Positions 23,668-36,436 of a stretch of 64,000 nt of DNA are shown here, in pieces (position 1 is the stretch's first letter; each line of letters starts with the position of its first letter). The notes below the pieces were generated by a model that saw nothing but the letters and a program-made list of their open reading frames with translations, made no database searches and had not been told where the DNA came from. This stretch comes from Podarcis gaigeae. Lineage: Eukaryota. The stretch lies in NCBI GenBank assembly GCA_964106915.2, contig OZ066916.1. One strand, written 5' to 3'. A program made the translations under genes and the position numbers.

Positions 23668-25952
23668 CTAAAACGAAGATGAAAATATTGCTATGAAAGC
23701 TATGGTTTTACTTTTGCCTAAATGACCACAGCAATCAGTGAAGAACTTAGTAAGTCTGCCTCAAACCAATAAAGCTCCTATACAAGGAAATACAAAAAGA
23801 TGTTCACAGGTCATAAGAGGACTGGACTGTGAAGGTGAGTTGCTTGGCTCAAACAGCAGATGGGGGCTGGGAGGCACTCCCCTCCCACCTGGCTGCTCTG
23901 CCTATTTAAACTTCATGCAGTATTAGAATTACTAAATATTACCATAGTAACAGCATTTTCCTGAAATTAAAAGTCCTGCTTTTTACAAACAGGTGCTTAG
24001 AAATGGCTCTTTATGAGCCTCCAAGAAGCTTTCAGTGAATTTCTTAATTGTAAATATCAAAGTGATCAAGATAATTTCTCCCTGCTATCATCCTCTACCA
24101 AGTTCTTGTTTGTGCAATATCGTACCTGTTTCTAGGCTTTCAAATTGCCTAAATTCATTTTAAGTATACACAATAAAACATTTCTGTAGTCAGACTTTAG
24201 AAACTTTGGTTCTTTAAGATACTTATTATTCCTGTTTCATTTCAGCATTTTAGTATCCTAGTTAATATTCAACTTCCTAAATGAAATCATCACTTGCAAA
24301 TGCCGTTAGGCTTTTTTTATTAAATAGAAAATATTTGCTTTCTGTTTCTTTCACCGCATAAAATGCATTTTAAAATAGTGTTTGGACTTTAATAATTTAT
24401 ACTTAAATTGTTTTCCCGTCACTGGAATTCATTTGACCAACCCAGAGTATTTCACGAAGCTGTTCAACTAGTACAATTCTTCCAATCTATTCCATATGCA
24501 CATTCAAATGCCAAGTAATTACACCAAAAGGCTTCATTTCTCAAAGGCCCTCACTGGCACAAGCCTAATTTAGTTCTTCATCTAATGTTCACTTCATGTA
24601 GCCAGGCACAGGGAAAAAGAAGCTTCTTGCGCAGATTAGATCGTTGGTGATGATGAAACTCCTCTGGCCCTTTCTCCCTGTATGAACATGACTTGTTCTC
24701 ACTGCCAAGGAGGAATAGGTATTCATTTCCTACTTTCAACACCTTTTGTTTATATCTATTTGTAAGTGTAAAGTATTCTATATGTCTTATCATGCTTCTC
24801 AGGATCCCACTTTTTGACTCTACATGATTGCCCTTTCCTTTTATGAGAATGAAAGGTGGCAATAATGTATAAGATTGGAAAGTACTTAACAAGAATAACT
24901 TAGAAAACTTAAGACTGTGTCTGTTAGGAGAAAGATTCAATTCAGGGCCACACCAAGAAACGTAGCTGCTTAAGCAAAGTATAGGATTATAATCTACTGT
25001 CACCTGAGACAGTTGTCTCACTTTGACAGCCCTGATTCAACCCCAGGCAGAAAGTACTGGGATAGGGAAAGGTTTTCTAGAACAAAACTGAGTTTCCTTT
25101 ATAGGTTATCGGGTGGGAGGGGAAAACTAATTTGTTCCCATATTCTGTTTTCCCTCAGTTTGATTTTCATACGTAAAGGAATTGAGTCCCAGTATCTGAT
25201 TGCTTTTATTATAAAAACCCTGCTGTGTTTGTATTAAATTCAAGGAACAAGTGTAAAGTCATCCTGTGTTCAATTTAACACTTGGTAATATACATGTATA
25301 TTAACAAAAACGTTAAGCCTAATGGATAATGTGTGCATCTTAGAATTGAAAGGGAAAAGCACAGTAGACACAGATAAACCATACAATCCCGGCAGGTTTT
25401 GAATGCGTAAGACTCTTCTTTGGGGAATAAATGCTGCCTATGGGACATGGGGTACATTCAGTAAAAATCCTTGATTTGTAGAGTTAAGCTCCACAAAGAT
25501 TTTTATTTTATCCTCTAAAGAGCCTTAAGTGTTTGAAATGCATGCCGTTATTGTACTGTTTGCCTGGACATAAATATCTGCACCTACTGTGTTCTCTCTT
25601 TCACAAGGGATTTTGCTTGGAGCAACCCTCTCTGTGACAACACCTTATGATTCAAATGTGAATAAATACAGATCCATATTGCATCTCAATGATAAAATAC
25701 AAACCAAGCAATGCAAACGGAAAATCAAGAGATAAAAATAGGAAAAAACTATTCCAAAGGAATATGGTAAACTCCAGCTGCCATACAGATATGTTCAGCT
25801 CATATTCTTTACCCTCGTGAGCCTTTCAAAAAGGTTCCTCAAAACAAAACAAAACAAGATTTATGCACAGACTAACACATAACCATAAATTAATCTAAAA
25901 TACATATTTGTGCTTTTTACATACATCACTCCAGTAAACTAACATATTATAC

Positions 25953-26046
25953 CTTGTCTTGTGTCAGTTTTTCTTGGAAATTCAGCAAGATAGCATGTTG
26001 GTAAAGGATATGATGAAAACATGGGCCAAGGATATGGATCATCACC
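25953..26046 (-). CDS. TBC1D32: TBC1D32 coding exon 25 (94 nt; [20 protein letters not shown]...TRQ)
   Basis: ccttag| acceptor, AAG|GTATAA donor. Confidence 0.96.
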
Positions 26047-26414
26047 CTAAGGGAGAACCACCAATAATAAAGTGATGTTATAACTTACTGATGGTTTGTC
26101 TATTTCATTCTGTAGTTTGAAGACTCTGCACTCTGTACTTACAGGTAATCTTCAGATATTTCATGCATTACCTACATATAAAACATAGTGCACTTGACAC
26201 TGTACTTTAATGCTATCAGTGTAATGAGGCAGGATGATTACACGGAACAACTCTTTCAAGCCCACTCAAAGGGCAGTAGCCGCAGTTAGTCAGCAGAGGT
26301 GCAATGGAATAATCAGCTCTAAATAAATGGTAGAAATAATAAATAAATCTCAGTCTGCAGCACTTATCTCCAGAGAGGCTAAATGTGAAGAAAACTGAAA
26401 AGCACGTTTACAAC

Positions 26415-26523
26415 CTTATGCAATATTCTTGGAGGCAAGATCCGTTCTGTTGGTCCACCAACATGATTTATTCTAACAAGAATATGGTTTCTCTCTACTG
26501 ATAGGCCATCAATTATAAAGTCT
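26415..26523 (-). CDS. TBC1D32: TBC1D32 coding exon 24 (109 nt; [36 protein letters not shown])
   Basis: ttgcag| acceptor, AAG|GTTGTA donor. Confidence 0.96.
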
Positions 26524-27205
26524 CTGCAACAAAACAAAATTGAATTGCATGTGGAAATTGCCATGAGTCTCATGATTCTCAAGAGCTAGATTACTGAGAA
26601 AGTATTTCAAGCCCGGTTGTTAGCATGGACACTGAATTGCAGTTTTGAACAAGGTAACAAAATCCTGGCACTGGATTCAGGGGAATTCAGAGGTAGGAGG
26701 GAATGCACTATGTGTGCTTTGCTTAGTCTTTTTTGACCAGAATATAATACAAACTACTCTTTTTATGGCATTCAGTATTTATTTATGGTGCACTGACCAG
26801 CCCTAATGGTTTTTGAGACAATATATCAGCACTTCCCAAGATCAAATTACAACACAGAGGCCAAAAATGGGTTGTGGTTAACGAATAGTTACTTCAAAGG
26901 AGTAGCAAGTTTACAAATTATTCCCATCCTTGCCAGGTCAATAAAGATTGTGAATACATCAGGTTTTTTCATTCTGCCTCATGCCCCTTCATGCATACTT
27001 CCTAGTGACTGTATGCAGCCAAGTAGTAAAGAACGATATGTAGTCATCAGATAAAACTTCCAAGGACAGTTCAAGTGGCACAACAATGAGGACAATAAAC
27101 ACAACCCATTTTCATGCTTTCAACACCATAATTTTTGTATCCCCAACAAATGAAAAAAAGAGTCTAATGCCAAATCCCTTAACTCAATGAAGCCATACAT
27201 TAATA

Positions 27206-27253
<48 letters not shown>
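27206..27253. repeat. (TAT)16 microsatellite
   Basis: direct reading. Confidence 0.95.
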
Positions 27254-27383
27254 CAGAGCTGCCTTCTCCACTGATATTTCTCTTTTGGAGGGTAAGGCTG
27301 TGGGTTTATGTGAAAAGCTCCAAGTAAAGATTACACAGAACTATAGAGTGGGGTGATACATTTTTTCAATGAATATTCCTTAC

Positions 27384-27506
27384 CGAGAAGTTTCAGAAAT
27401 GTAGATGGTATTTTCTGTTTGGGCATCTAAGAGCACTTCTGATACCTTATACTGAGATTCTAAAAGTAGGAGTGTATCTAGATCACAGCAGAGCACATTT
27501 AATAAC
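27384..27506 (-). CDS. TBC1D32: TBC1D32 coding exon 23 (123 nt, symmetric phase 2-2; LLNVLCCDLDTLLLLESQYKVSEVLL...ISETS)
   Basis: ctgcag|G acceptor, CG|GTAAGG donor. Confidence 0.93.
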
Positions 27507-27996
27507 CTGCAGAATGTAATATTTTGAAATATCAGAACATTACAAGTTATGGGAAATGCAGAGCAGCACTACACAAGTTTAAATATTTTGGAGTTGAGTT
27601 CTTTTTTTTTAAAAAAAGAAACAAACTAACTGCTGTAATACAAAGCAGAATTAGGAACCTGGGACACAGCATATGGTTTGCATGTAGAATACCACTGACC
27701 TATCCTAGAACACCATTTGAAACAATACTGTTATCTACAGTCAAGGTATGTCTATTATATTCTTGCATGTGCACACTGCCTTTTTATTGCTTCTTGTTGA
27801 ATACTGCTAAACTGACTGTCAATTTCTTATTGTCAGTTTTGTTCCAAGGAGAAGGGGCTTTAATTACCAGTTCTTCCTTTTATTTTTTCTTCTATTTTTT
27901 ATACAACAACATTGTTTTACTATACAAAGCTCCTTTCTGCAATAGGAACAGAAACTGATAGGGAACAATGTAGAAAGGCTTTATAGAAACAATTTA

Positions 27997-28185
27997 CAGT
28001 CGTACCTCGGCTTACATGTCCCTCTGGTTACGTAAACTTCGGGATACGTAAGAAGCAAACCCGGAGGTATATTTCTGGGTTTTTGCCGTGCACACATGTG
28101 CAGAAGTGGTCCCTCCGGTTGCGGAAACCTCGGGATCCGACCGGAGCTCCGGAACGGATCCTGTCTGCAACCGGAGGTACCACTG
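27997..28185. mobile_element. TcMar-Tigger-like MITE
   Basis: TA-CAGTCGTACCTCGG...CCGGAGGTACCACTG-TA; related copy at 54209 in opposite orientation. Confidence 0.8.
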
Positions 28186-31100
28186 TACAGGCTATTCATC
28201 AGTGAGCCCTAGTCAGTGAGCCCTACTCATCAGTGAGCTACACAAAACAGAAAGAAGCAAAACAAAAACATGAAACTAGGAAGCTTGTATCTAAAAGCCC
28301 AGGAGTGATGAATACCCTTTGGGATGTCCACACCAGACAGGGTGCGTCCTCCAGTTGTGTTTTAATTTATATACCAAAAAAATCAGCGGAAATTTTGCCA
28401 GAAAAGGGAGCGCACAATGTAAGGAAGTAACAACATCCCAACAATGCCACCCATTTTCTCTGAAAAAAAGTGAATGAACCAAGGATGGCAACAGTGCAAG
28501 CAAGCTAGCATGGAAACAACCTTTGGTCCCTTTATGAAAGAAAATTGCCTTCCCAGTGTTGTGATCCTATACCCATTTATATGGGAATAGGCGATATGGT
28601 TTAGTCCTAAGTAGACATATACAGAATTGCACTGAATTTTACATGGCTGGTTTGTCCAAATTTATCTCATCCATGCCATGTAACCCAAATGCTCCATTTC
28701 ATGAATAGGTGGAAGAAGAGCCCAACATAATATTGCAGTGGACCCAGCCTTCTTTCTCATTCGGCTGCTGAAAAACAAAGCTACTAGAGGCAATGTAGTA
28801 ATAACTATTTTTAGTTTCAAAAGCCTATTCATTTGCTTGAATGTTTTATTCATAAAATTATTCTCCATAATCTTCAGGACAAGCATTCATTCGTTAGTAT
28901 ATTTCAAGAAGTGATACAGAGAGATTAATAAAATCAATACTGAGACATTTAATGCTTTCATAAAGATTTATAGGATAAAAGAGAAGCATTCATATTTCCA
29001 TTACTGATGATCATGTCATTCTAAAACATTTATAGTATGAAAAGATTATTATGAATTACTTATGAGTAATCAGTGTGGGGAGAAACATTATGATGCATTC
29101 AGAAAATCAGTGTGATATCAAAATAATTTTTCATACACAAATGCCCTTTTCTGCATGGCATGCCTTTGACAGTTTAATTTGAATATTACTAGCAAACAAA
29201 GGAAACAAAAGCACCCATTGATATTAAAACTAGAATATTTTAGCCCACTAATCCAGACCATTTTCTATCCAAGTTACCCACACTAAATGCCTTTGCATGA
29301 ATTATACTGCACTTTCATGAGCTCCTAACAGATGCACATCTTTTATATAACTTGTGAAACTGGTCACCACTTTATCCCTTGGTCTAGGACTAAAAGCCCT
29401 GATTGCTCTTTTGTGCTCATAGCCAATGTTCCCTAGTTGTTTCAAAAGGTATGGAAAATGTGACACTATTCTTTAGCCCTCTGTTCTGCATCTGATATCA
29501 GTAATGGCGGTTTCATATTGCAAATCTAATGCAGTTCAAAGGAACTATTTCCATTTACTGTACTTGTTCTGCTAGCCATGCTATTTTAGGTCTTTCCATT
29601 TTTTTCCTGTTAACTTCTGTTAATCTTGCTTTTCAAGATTTCAAGTAAAACAAATGCAAATTGATGTGCGTATGTACAGATTGTGACATGAATGTTTTAT
29701 TTAATTATTTGTTTCCTGTACCTGCAGTCAGGTTTTAATACCACTGGAAACAGGCCAGATGTGAATATATAACAAAACAGGGATTCCCACCTCCTCATTA
29801 ATATATGACATGTTAATTTATCCTCCTCCATTGACAATACTCAGATTCTGTAGAACACGGTACATTCGTTTAAAAGATACAGTTCCCTAAAACTATTGCT
29901 GAAGATTGTTTACACAACATAATTACAATTCCAGTAGAGAAACTGGAGGAAAATACAATCTGTTTTGTTTTCCAAAACAAAAATTAGAACGACTGCAATA
30001 TCCTGTATAATTTGCAGTAATTATTTTTTTTTAAAAAAACTATAGGTAATACACTGATTGACAGAAGCATATTCCCAAGCAAAGTTTGTGTACAAACTAG
30101 ACAGGGACTACAGCAGCAGGCTCACCTTCCTATCAAACCAGCTTCCCTATTTGGATCAGGGACTCTGTGAGAAAGAACTGGTCTACAAAGACAAATTATA
30201 TGATAATACTATAAGTAGTTTAGACCTCAGTCTTCTCAAAATCTAAAAGGAACTGGTTGGTTTGTGAGCCTGATTCTACCCACCCCCTGTTCCGGATCTG
30301 CAAAGGAAGATTAGTACAGGGCTGCTTCCCTGTGCTTCTCCTGAGAGCATGAGCAACTATGAAACATCTAATACAGGAAATGAACCAAAATAACGTTATT
30401 AAAAACTAGAGTTGACAGGTACTAAGATTACTGGAAGAGAATAAAGGTTTTAATCCAGATAATGTATCTTCAAAGTAGAGAATCCAATTTAAACTCTTGA
30501 TGCACTAATGGAAAATCTTGTGGCACTTCAGGTACAAATAAAAAGCTAAAATTAACCTGAGGCTTCTCATTATATGTTCAGAAAGAAGGACAGGCACATA
30601 ACCTAATGACAACTACTTGCACATATTTTCTTGAGAACACGATGAGCTAGTTTCTTTAGGGGAAAGCTACACATTCTCCTGAGTGTTAATTAACTGCAGC
30701 TAGGGAGCTTGGGAAACTGTTGCCTTTTGAGCCAAGATCCATTGGGAACTTCATTTCTCAGATTCCCTAGCATACAGGCCTCCCCAACAGACAATGATAA
30801 GTTTAGGAGAAAGGGAAGCAAGCAGTGAAGGCTTTCCCCTGGGAAAATTGTTTTTGAGAACTGTTTAAGAAAACTCAAAAGGGCGCCTGCCTTTCACCAG
30901 ACTTGAGGGATATCAATGTTTTGCAATATCCATCTGATGACTTGGTTTACCACTGAGATTAAGACCATAAGGAATACAATTCTTTCACTTGTATTAATGT
31001 GAAACCTATTAAAAAATCCTACTGCAAAAAAAGGAAAAACAAACCACAGGACTGTAAATACTCTCTAAGAGGATATAGCAACATTCACTTCCTATTTGAG

Positions 31101-31597
31101 ACAGTTTTATTGTGATAAATATGTTAGAGCAGCTAGACTAGGGACAGGGAACCTTTAGCCCTCCAGAAGCTGCTGGACTCCAAATCCCAGCAACCCCAGT
31201 CAACATAGCCAGTAGTCAGGGATGATAGGACCAGAAGTCCAACAACAGCTGACTATCATTGCAGTGGCCTACTGTCTCAGTTTTTATTGTGGTTTTACTG
31301 AAATTTCATTATGCTTTAAATTGTTTTAAACCCTTTTTGTAAGCTATGATGTTGACAGATGAGGTATAAATTTTAGAATGCAAATTACAATAATCTATGA
31401 TAAATGCTTCAGCATATAGTATTGTTCCACTGCTTTAGCATAGTAAATTTCATTGCTATAATGTAGAGAAATGTTAGAACTGACACTGGATTTGGTAGTC
31501 TCTTTCCTATAATTATTTTGCATAAAATAATTGTGTTAGCATTAACAAAAAAAATTCCTTCCAGTAGCACCTTAAAGACCAACTAAGTTAGTTCTTG

Positions 31598-31635
31598 GTA
31601 TGAGCTTTCGTGTGCATGCACACTTCTTCAGATAC
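31598..31635 (-). ncRNA. Minimal type I hammerhead ribozyme motif (mirror copy, sense to TBC1D32 pre-mRNA)
   Basis: Exact reverse complement of 31641-31678. Confidence 0.65.
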
Positions 31636-31640
31636 ACTGT

Positions 31641-31678
31641 GTATCTGAAGAAGTGTGCATGCACACGAAAGCTCATAC
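31641..31678 (+). ncRNA. Minimal type I hammerhead ribozyme motif
   Basis: GTAT-CTGAAGA-A-GTGTGCATGCACAC-GAAA-GC-TC-ATAC: CUGANGA, stem II, GAAA, palindromic AGCU, UH, stem I GUAU/AUAC. Confidence 0.65.
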
Positions 31679-33454
31679 CAAGAACTAACTTAGTTGGTCT
31701 TTAAGGTGCTACTGGAAGGAATTTTTTTTGTTTTGACTATGGCAGACCAACACGGCTACCTATCTGTAACTGTGTTAGCATTGTTTTAGACATGGGTTGA
31801 GATTCGGTGGGAAACAGCTCTAATATGTGGATTTGGCTCTCCAATGAGTCCTCCTCCCTCTGACACATTGCTGCATTAGATGTAAACTCACAACAGTCAA
31901 CAAGCTCTACTGAAGCTGATCTACTTCAGCAAAGGACATTTGTCAGGAACAGGGAACAGGGTCTGCCACATACTAACAACACCTTCCAATCTGAGGCAGA
32001 AGAAAAAGAGAGATATTGGGGACAGACGGAGGACCAGAATAGCACAGCACATGGCACAAGTCTAAAATTACAGCAGCTAGAATCACACTTTCACTTCACA
32101 CAGAAGTGAACAAAATTGACCTACAGAAAGTGGTAAAAGCGAGTGAACTGAGCAGGAAAAAACGTCTTCATTCTGTGCTAGCAAAAGATATTAACTCCTG
32201 AAGCATGCTTAATCAGTATCCTGCTGATTAACTTGTTAACATATATAAAGCCCTGAACAACTTGGGACCAGGTTATCTGAAAGATTGCCTGGTCCAATAT
32301 ATTATTATTGTTATAATCATTGCTATTGTTGTTGCCATTTATTACCCAGCTGGTGTCTGTGAGCTCCCAAAAGGGCCTTTGGTCCACTGGAAACTCCCAC
32401 TAACTGAAAAGGAGGAGGAACACATTTTTGCTTATTCTCTCTTCTCCATGCCACATTTCACATTGCTCTGGAAGGGCCCCCAACCCTTTGAAGCCAATTT
32501 TCAGGGTGTGTGCTGGGAGCTGCAACGGAAGGGTGAATAGGGTTGCCATATGTCTGGGAATTCCCGGACGTGTCCTCTTTTCACGGTCCTACATGCCCTT
32601 CCCTTTGCCATACATGAAGAATGCAATCATCAGTTGCTTCAGATGTGAAAACTTCTCTTCCACTAACCCATAAGACTGGACCCTGTTTTACATGTTTGAA
32701 TCTTCAACAGTTTTTTCTCTCACTGTTATACTTTTTTATATTGCTGTTTTACTGGTTTAGGTTGTGCTTTTTTGGTTTAATAATCTACTCTTTGTTTGTT
32801 ACACTATACACAGCTTAGAGATTTTTGTAACGTTAAATAGTATATAAATGCTTTTAAAAAAAATAAACAATAACAAAAAGGTTGTGCTCATCAAACCAGG
32901 CACAGGAAATCCGACATTCAAAGATTCAAGACTGCATACAACCAATAAGCTACAAAACATCAGTCAAAACCACTGCAGCTCTTAATTAAAATTTCAGCAT
33001 CCTATTTCTTTCCTTATCCAACAAGAGACAGCAAGGAGTAACAGTTTAAGTGCATAAGTTCTTTCTATTGTGTCAGCACAGCAAAAATTGTAGACTGCAT
33101 CCCAAGCAGCTAAGAGTTCCAACCCCCAAAGCAACCTATGATAAACAATATAATGGGGGGGGGGGCACACCAAAGATTTGCGTTGAGAGGATTTTCTCTA
33201 AGCCTCATATGAACTTGGGTACAATACAAGTTGTCTAGGGGAAATACTTATTTTGTGCATAGTCTAATTTCCCTGAATGTATATTGGCCTTCATTGCCAT
33301 ACAGCACTCAACCTGTATATTTCACTCACAGATACCTCTACCCTCATCCCCATATTGGCCAGATTCATAAGCATTTTACCAAGTCAGCATTGCAGAACAG
33401 AATAAACTAGCTGATTATTTTACCTTAAGTGAATCAGAAAATTTAGTATCTTAC

Positions 33455-33543
33455 CTGAGGCCAAAGATATGAGACTGCTCATAATTGAACAATGAATGAA
33501 TTTTTGCTTCTGTGTTCACAATTATAAGCCTGTCAATGATATC
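33455..33543 (-). CDS. TBC1D32: TBC1D32 coding exon 22 (89 nt; [29 protein letters not shown])
   Basis: tttcag| acceptor, AG|GTAAGA donor. Confidence 0.96.
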
Positions 33544-34204
33544 CTGAAATATAAGCACCAATTTTATTAATATGTGACCAGCACTTTGAGCAGACAACAT
33601 TATTACTCAACCATTTTCATTAAGCCACATTTTTAAAGTATATGGACAAGTATATGATTTGGTTGTTACATTTCCTCACAAATAGCTCTTAAACTGGCAA
33701 GAAGCAATTCAGCAAACTGTTCTTGTGTTTAAAAAGTAAGTATTTTCCCCATTTCATTCCAGTCAATTTCTCTGACTCGAGTGAAAAAAGAATCATAAAA
33801 ATAGTCATTATCAGATACTCTACATGTATTTAATACCCAGTGCATTTATTTTTAAATCTATGTGTACATCTGGGGAAAACACAGTGAATAAGTATAGAAT
33901 AACATTCCTATAAAGGAAAACTGTTCCTAATTGGAAGTTTACTTCCTTAAACAAGTAAATTTTTACAACCTTGCTAATGTGAGAGTGTAAATAATCTGCT
34001 AAGAATAGAGATTTGGCAACATCTTTTGATTTGATCTTACATCCAAAGTACTTTGACACCTCGAACAGCTAACCAACTCAGTCTACACTGAGCAAAAACA
34101 CTTTTGCCCAGCTGTAGCAGCCAAGAGTAAGGTTTCCAGTTTCTTTCCCCAAACCCCAGAATAAATGTGAATAGCCAAAGGGGATTTGACACTATACTCT
34201 TTAT

Positions 34205-34365
34205 TTCAAGTCAGATCATTGGTCCATATAGCTCAGTACTGTCTGCACTGACTGGCAGCAGCTCTCCCGGTTTCAAACAGGAGTCCTTCCCAGCCCCATA
34301 TGGAGATACCAGGAATTGAACATGGGGCCTTCCATATGGAAAGCAGACGCAACTGAGCAACAACC
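34205..34365 (-). mobile_element. tRNA-derived squamate SINE fragment (~)
   Basis: Minus head gctcagttgc...aggccccatgttcaattcctggtatctcca (B-box-like); tail ccagtcagtgcagacagtactgagctatatggaccaatgatctga. Confidence 0.6.
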
Positions 34366-36319
34366 CTTCCTTAAATGAGTCATAGTGTGCTTGCCATGGT
34401 AGCAGGGGAGATCATAGACATTGTGCTACCTGAGACAAAAGACAAGATAGCATATTGCATGGTCAGACTGGCAGTAGAATTTTATTTCAACCTGATAACA
34501 GAGTAATGCCCTTCACTGCACCAGAGAGTAGCAGGCTAGGTTCTGGGCACAGAGCAGGGTTGCAAATCACACACAGCTGTATCTACTTCTTCCCTTACCA
34601 TCTCTGGAGAGCAGGGCAGGTGATTGGCTTTTCACCAGTTAGATTTGCACAGTACATGATTTTTGGTTGTTAAATGTTTATAGTGTTCAGCTGAAGTAAG
34701 AATTGAGTAGATGAAGTGGTATAATGTGTGTAAAGAGAGTGTGATGGCTGAATGAGTAGTATCCAAGTATGGTTCTTGAATTCCTGATTTGTATTATTCA
34801 TTATAAGGATACTTTTCTGCAATATTGGTGTGTGTGTGTTTTAAAGTTAATATTGCAATTATGTTGCATTCTGTTACTGTATTTTGCTGTTGTATTATTT
34901 TGCTGTATTTTGATGGATCCTTGTTTTGCATAAGATTTGCTTTTGTTTTTTATTTTACATTGTTTAGATATTTGTTATGTTACTTAAAACAAACCAGCTA
35001 TAGTCACATAGAACTGATCTAAGTCCTACTACAGAGGGATAGAAGGATAAAACTGTCATGAAACAACCTAATGCAACTTGATCAAGATTACACCAAGATA
35101 AGTGTTCCGGTCAAAAGGAAGAGCAACAGAAAGAAGAAATAAAAAAAGAACCATTTACACCAAAATCATCTACAGCGATGGCAACACAGGCAGACATCTG
35201 CTTGAGCACATATGCATCACTGGAAGTGGGAAGAGCCATCCCCAAGATTCAGGAACTGCCCTCAAAAAAGAAAGGTCACAGACACCTTTATGTTTAAATT
35301 ATCTTCAGGGATGGCATAAAGCACAGCAACACCAAACACAGTAATGTCTCTACCCTGGATATCCCAAGTGGGCCACAGGTAAAAGACCAAGAAAAGGAAA
35401 ACCACATTCCAGTTCAGGGAACGTCAACCTTTTTGAGGCAGTGGGTGAATATGCAAATTTGAGGAATTGCAGGAATACAAAAAGCATTCAAGCCTTCCCT
35501 ATTAATGAAGAAAAGGCATGTGCATGTCACCACCACGCTCACTCACAGAGGAAAGCTCTTTGCACCTCTCCTCTGCTCAGAGTAGGAGGCTGGGTGTCCA
35601 ATCCTGGCATCCAATGAAATGTGGGCATGTCTGAGGGGGCATGAGGAAAGGCCGAACCAATGCAAACACAACCTGAACAGGATGAGCAAAGCGTGTCTTG
35701 TGCATTGTGGATTTTTGAAGGAATCTTATTGAACCCTTTCTCAAGAATCATAAGAGGTGCTGCTAGGCAGGCTGGCACACACAGGTGCCAAAATTGTGGC
35801 TCTTGTTCTACTTTCACATTGGTTATAATTAAATATATCTATATTTCTTTAGATATGCAAAAGATTTTTATACATATACAGATTTTATATGATATAAAGA
35901 ATAATTTTATTATAATCAAATCCATTGCTTACACTTGAAAGAAGAGATTTGTCTTTAGACAAGAGAAAGCAGCATCTGCAGATTATTATTTAAGTATTAC
36001 ATTTTCCTATGACTGTGGGAAAAATAGATTCACACTGAGGACACTGTGCATATACTGCCCTCATGCTGCATGCAAGAAAGAAATGCTGAAAATGTACTTA
36101 GAACCTAAGCAGCAATAGAACACCAAACCCATATGAAGCTTCTTATTTTTATTGAACAGATTTGTAAACCACTCATGATTGTCAAAAGGAGATACAAAAT
36201 TATAAAGTTAAAGCAATAAGAAAACATTAAATCCATTTGCAAAAAGAGCTTGTTTCAATCAGAGCGATATAACCATTCAAAAGAGCTTTTCAAAAAGGAT
36301 TGAAAGCCAAGCTACTTAC

Positions 36320-36436
36320 TATAATATCTGTAGGAACTTCACGGAGAGAATATTCTGGTTTATTAGGTATCGCTTGATCACCTATCAGTTCGTAAACAGC
36401 AGGGTAGGATAACAAGTTTATCAGAGCTAGAAAAGA
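36320..36436 (-). CDS. TBC1D32: TBC1D32 coding exon 21 (117 nt; [17 protein letters not shown]...[11 protein letters not shown])
   Basis: ctttag| acceptor, ATA|GTAAGT donor. Confidence 0.95.

Larger units (their letters stand above)
31544..31770. mobile_element. Penelope-like (PLE) fold-back insertion, perfect palindrome
   Basis: 12-bp TSD TGTGTTAGCATT (31532-31543, 31771-31782); perfect arms 31544-31637 / 31639-31732; terminal cagaccaacacggctacc motif shared with the 14684 copy. Confidence 0.85.

Noticed and set aside
24242-24293. Intronic C/D snoRNA (GTGATGA...CTGA on minus)
   Set aside because: Only 52 nt, no terminal stem, no evident guide sequence.
24578-25021. Longest ORF in the track (147 aa, minus) as a nested gene or extra exon
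   Set aside because: No recognisable protein similarity, and exons 25 and 26 already join in frame with nothing missing.
27524-27958. 144-aa plus-strand ORF
   Set aside because: F/L/Y-rich translation of AT-rich intron, non-ATG start, no motif.
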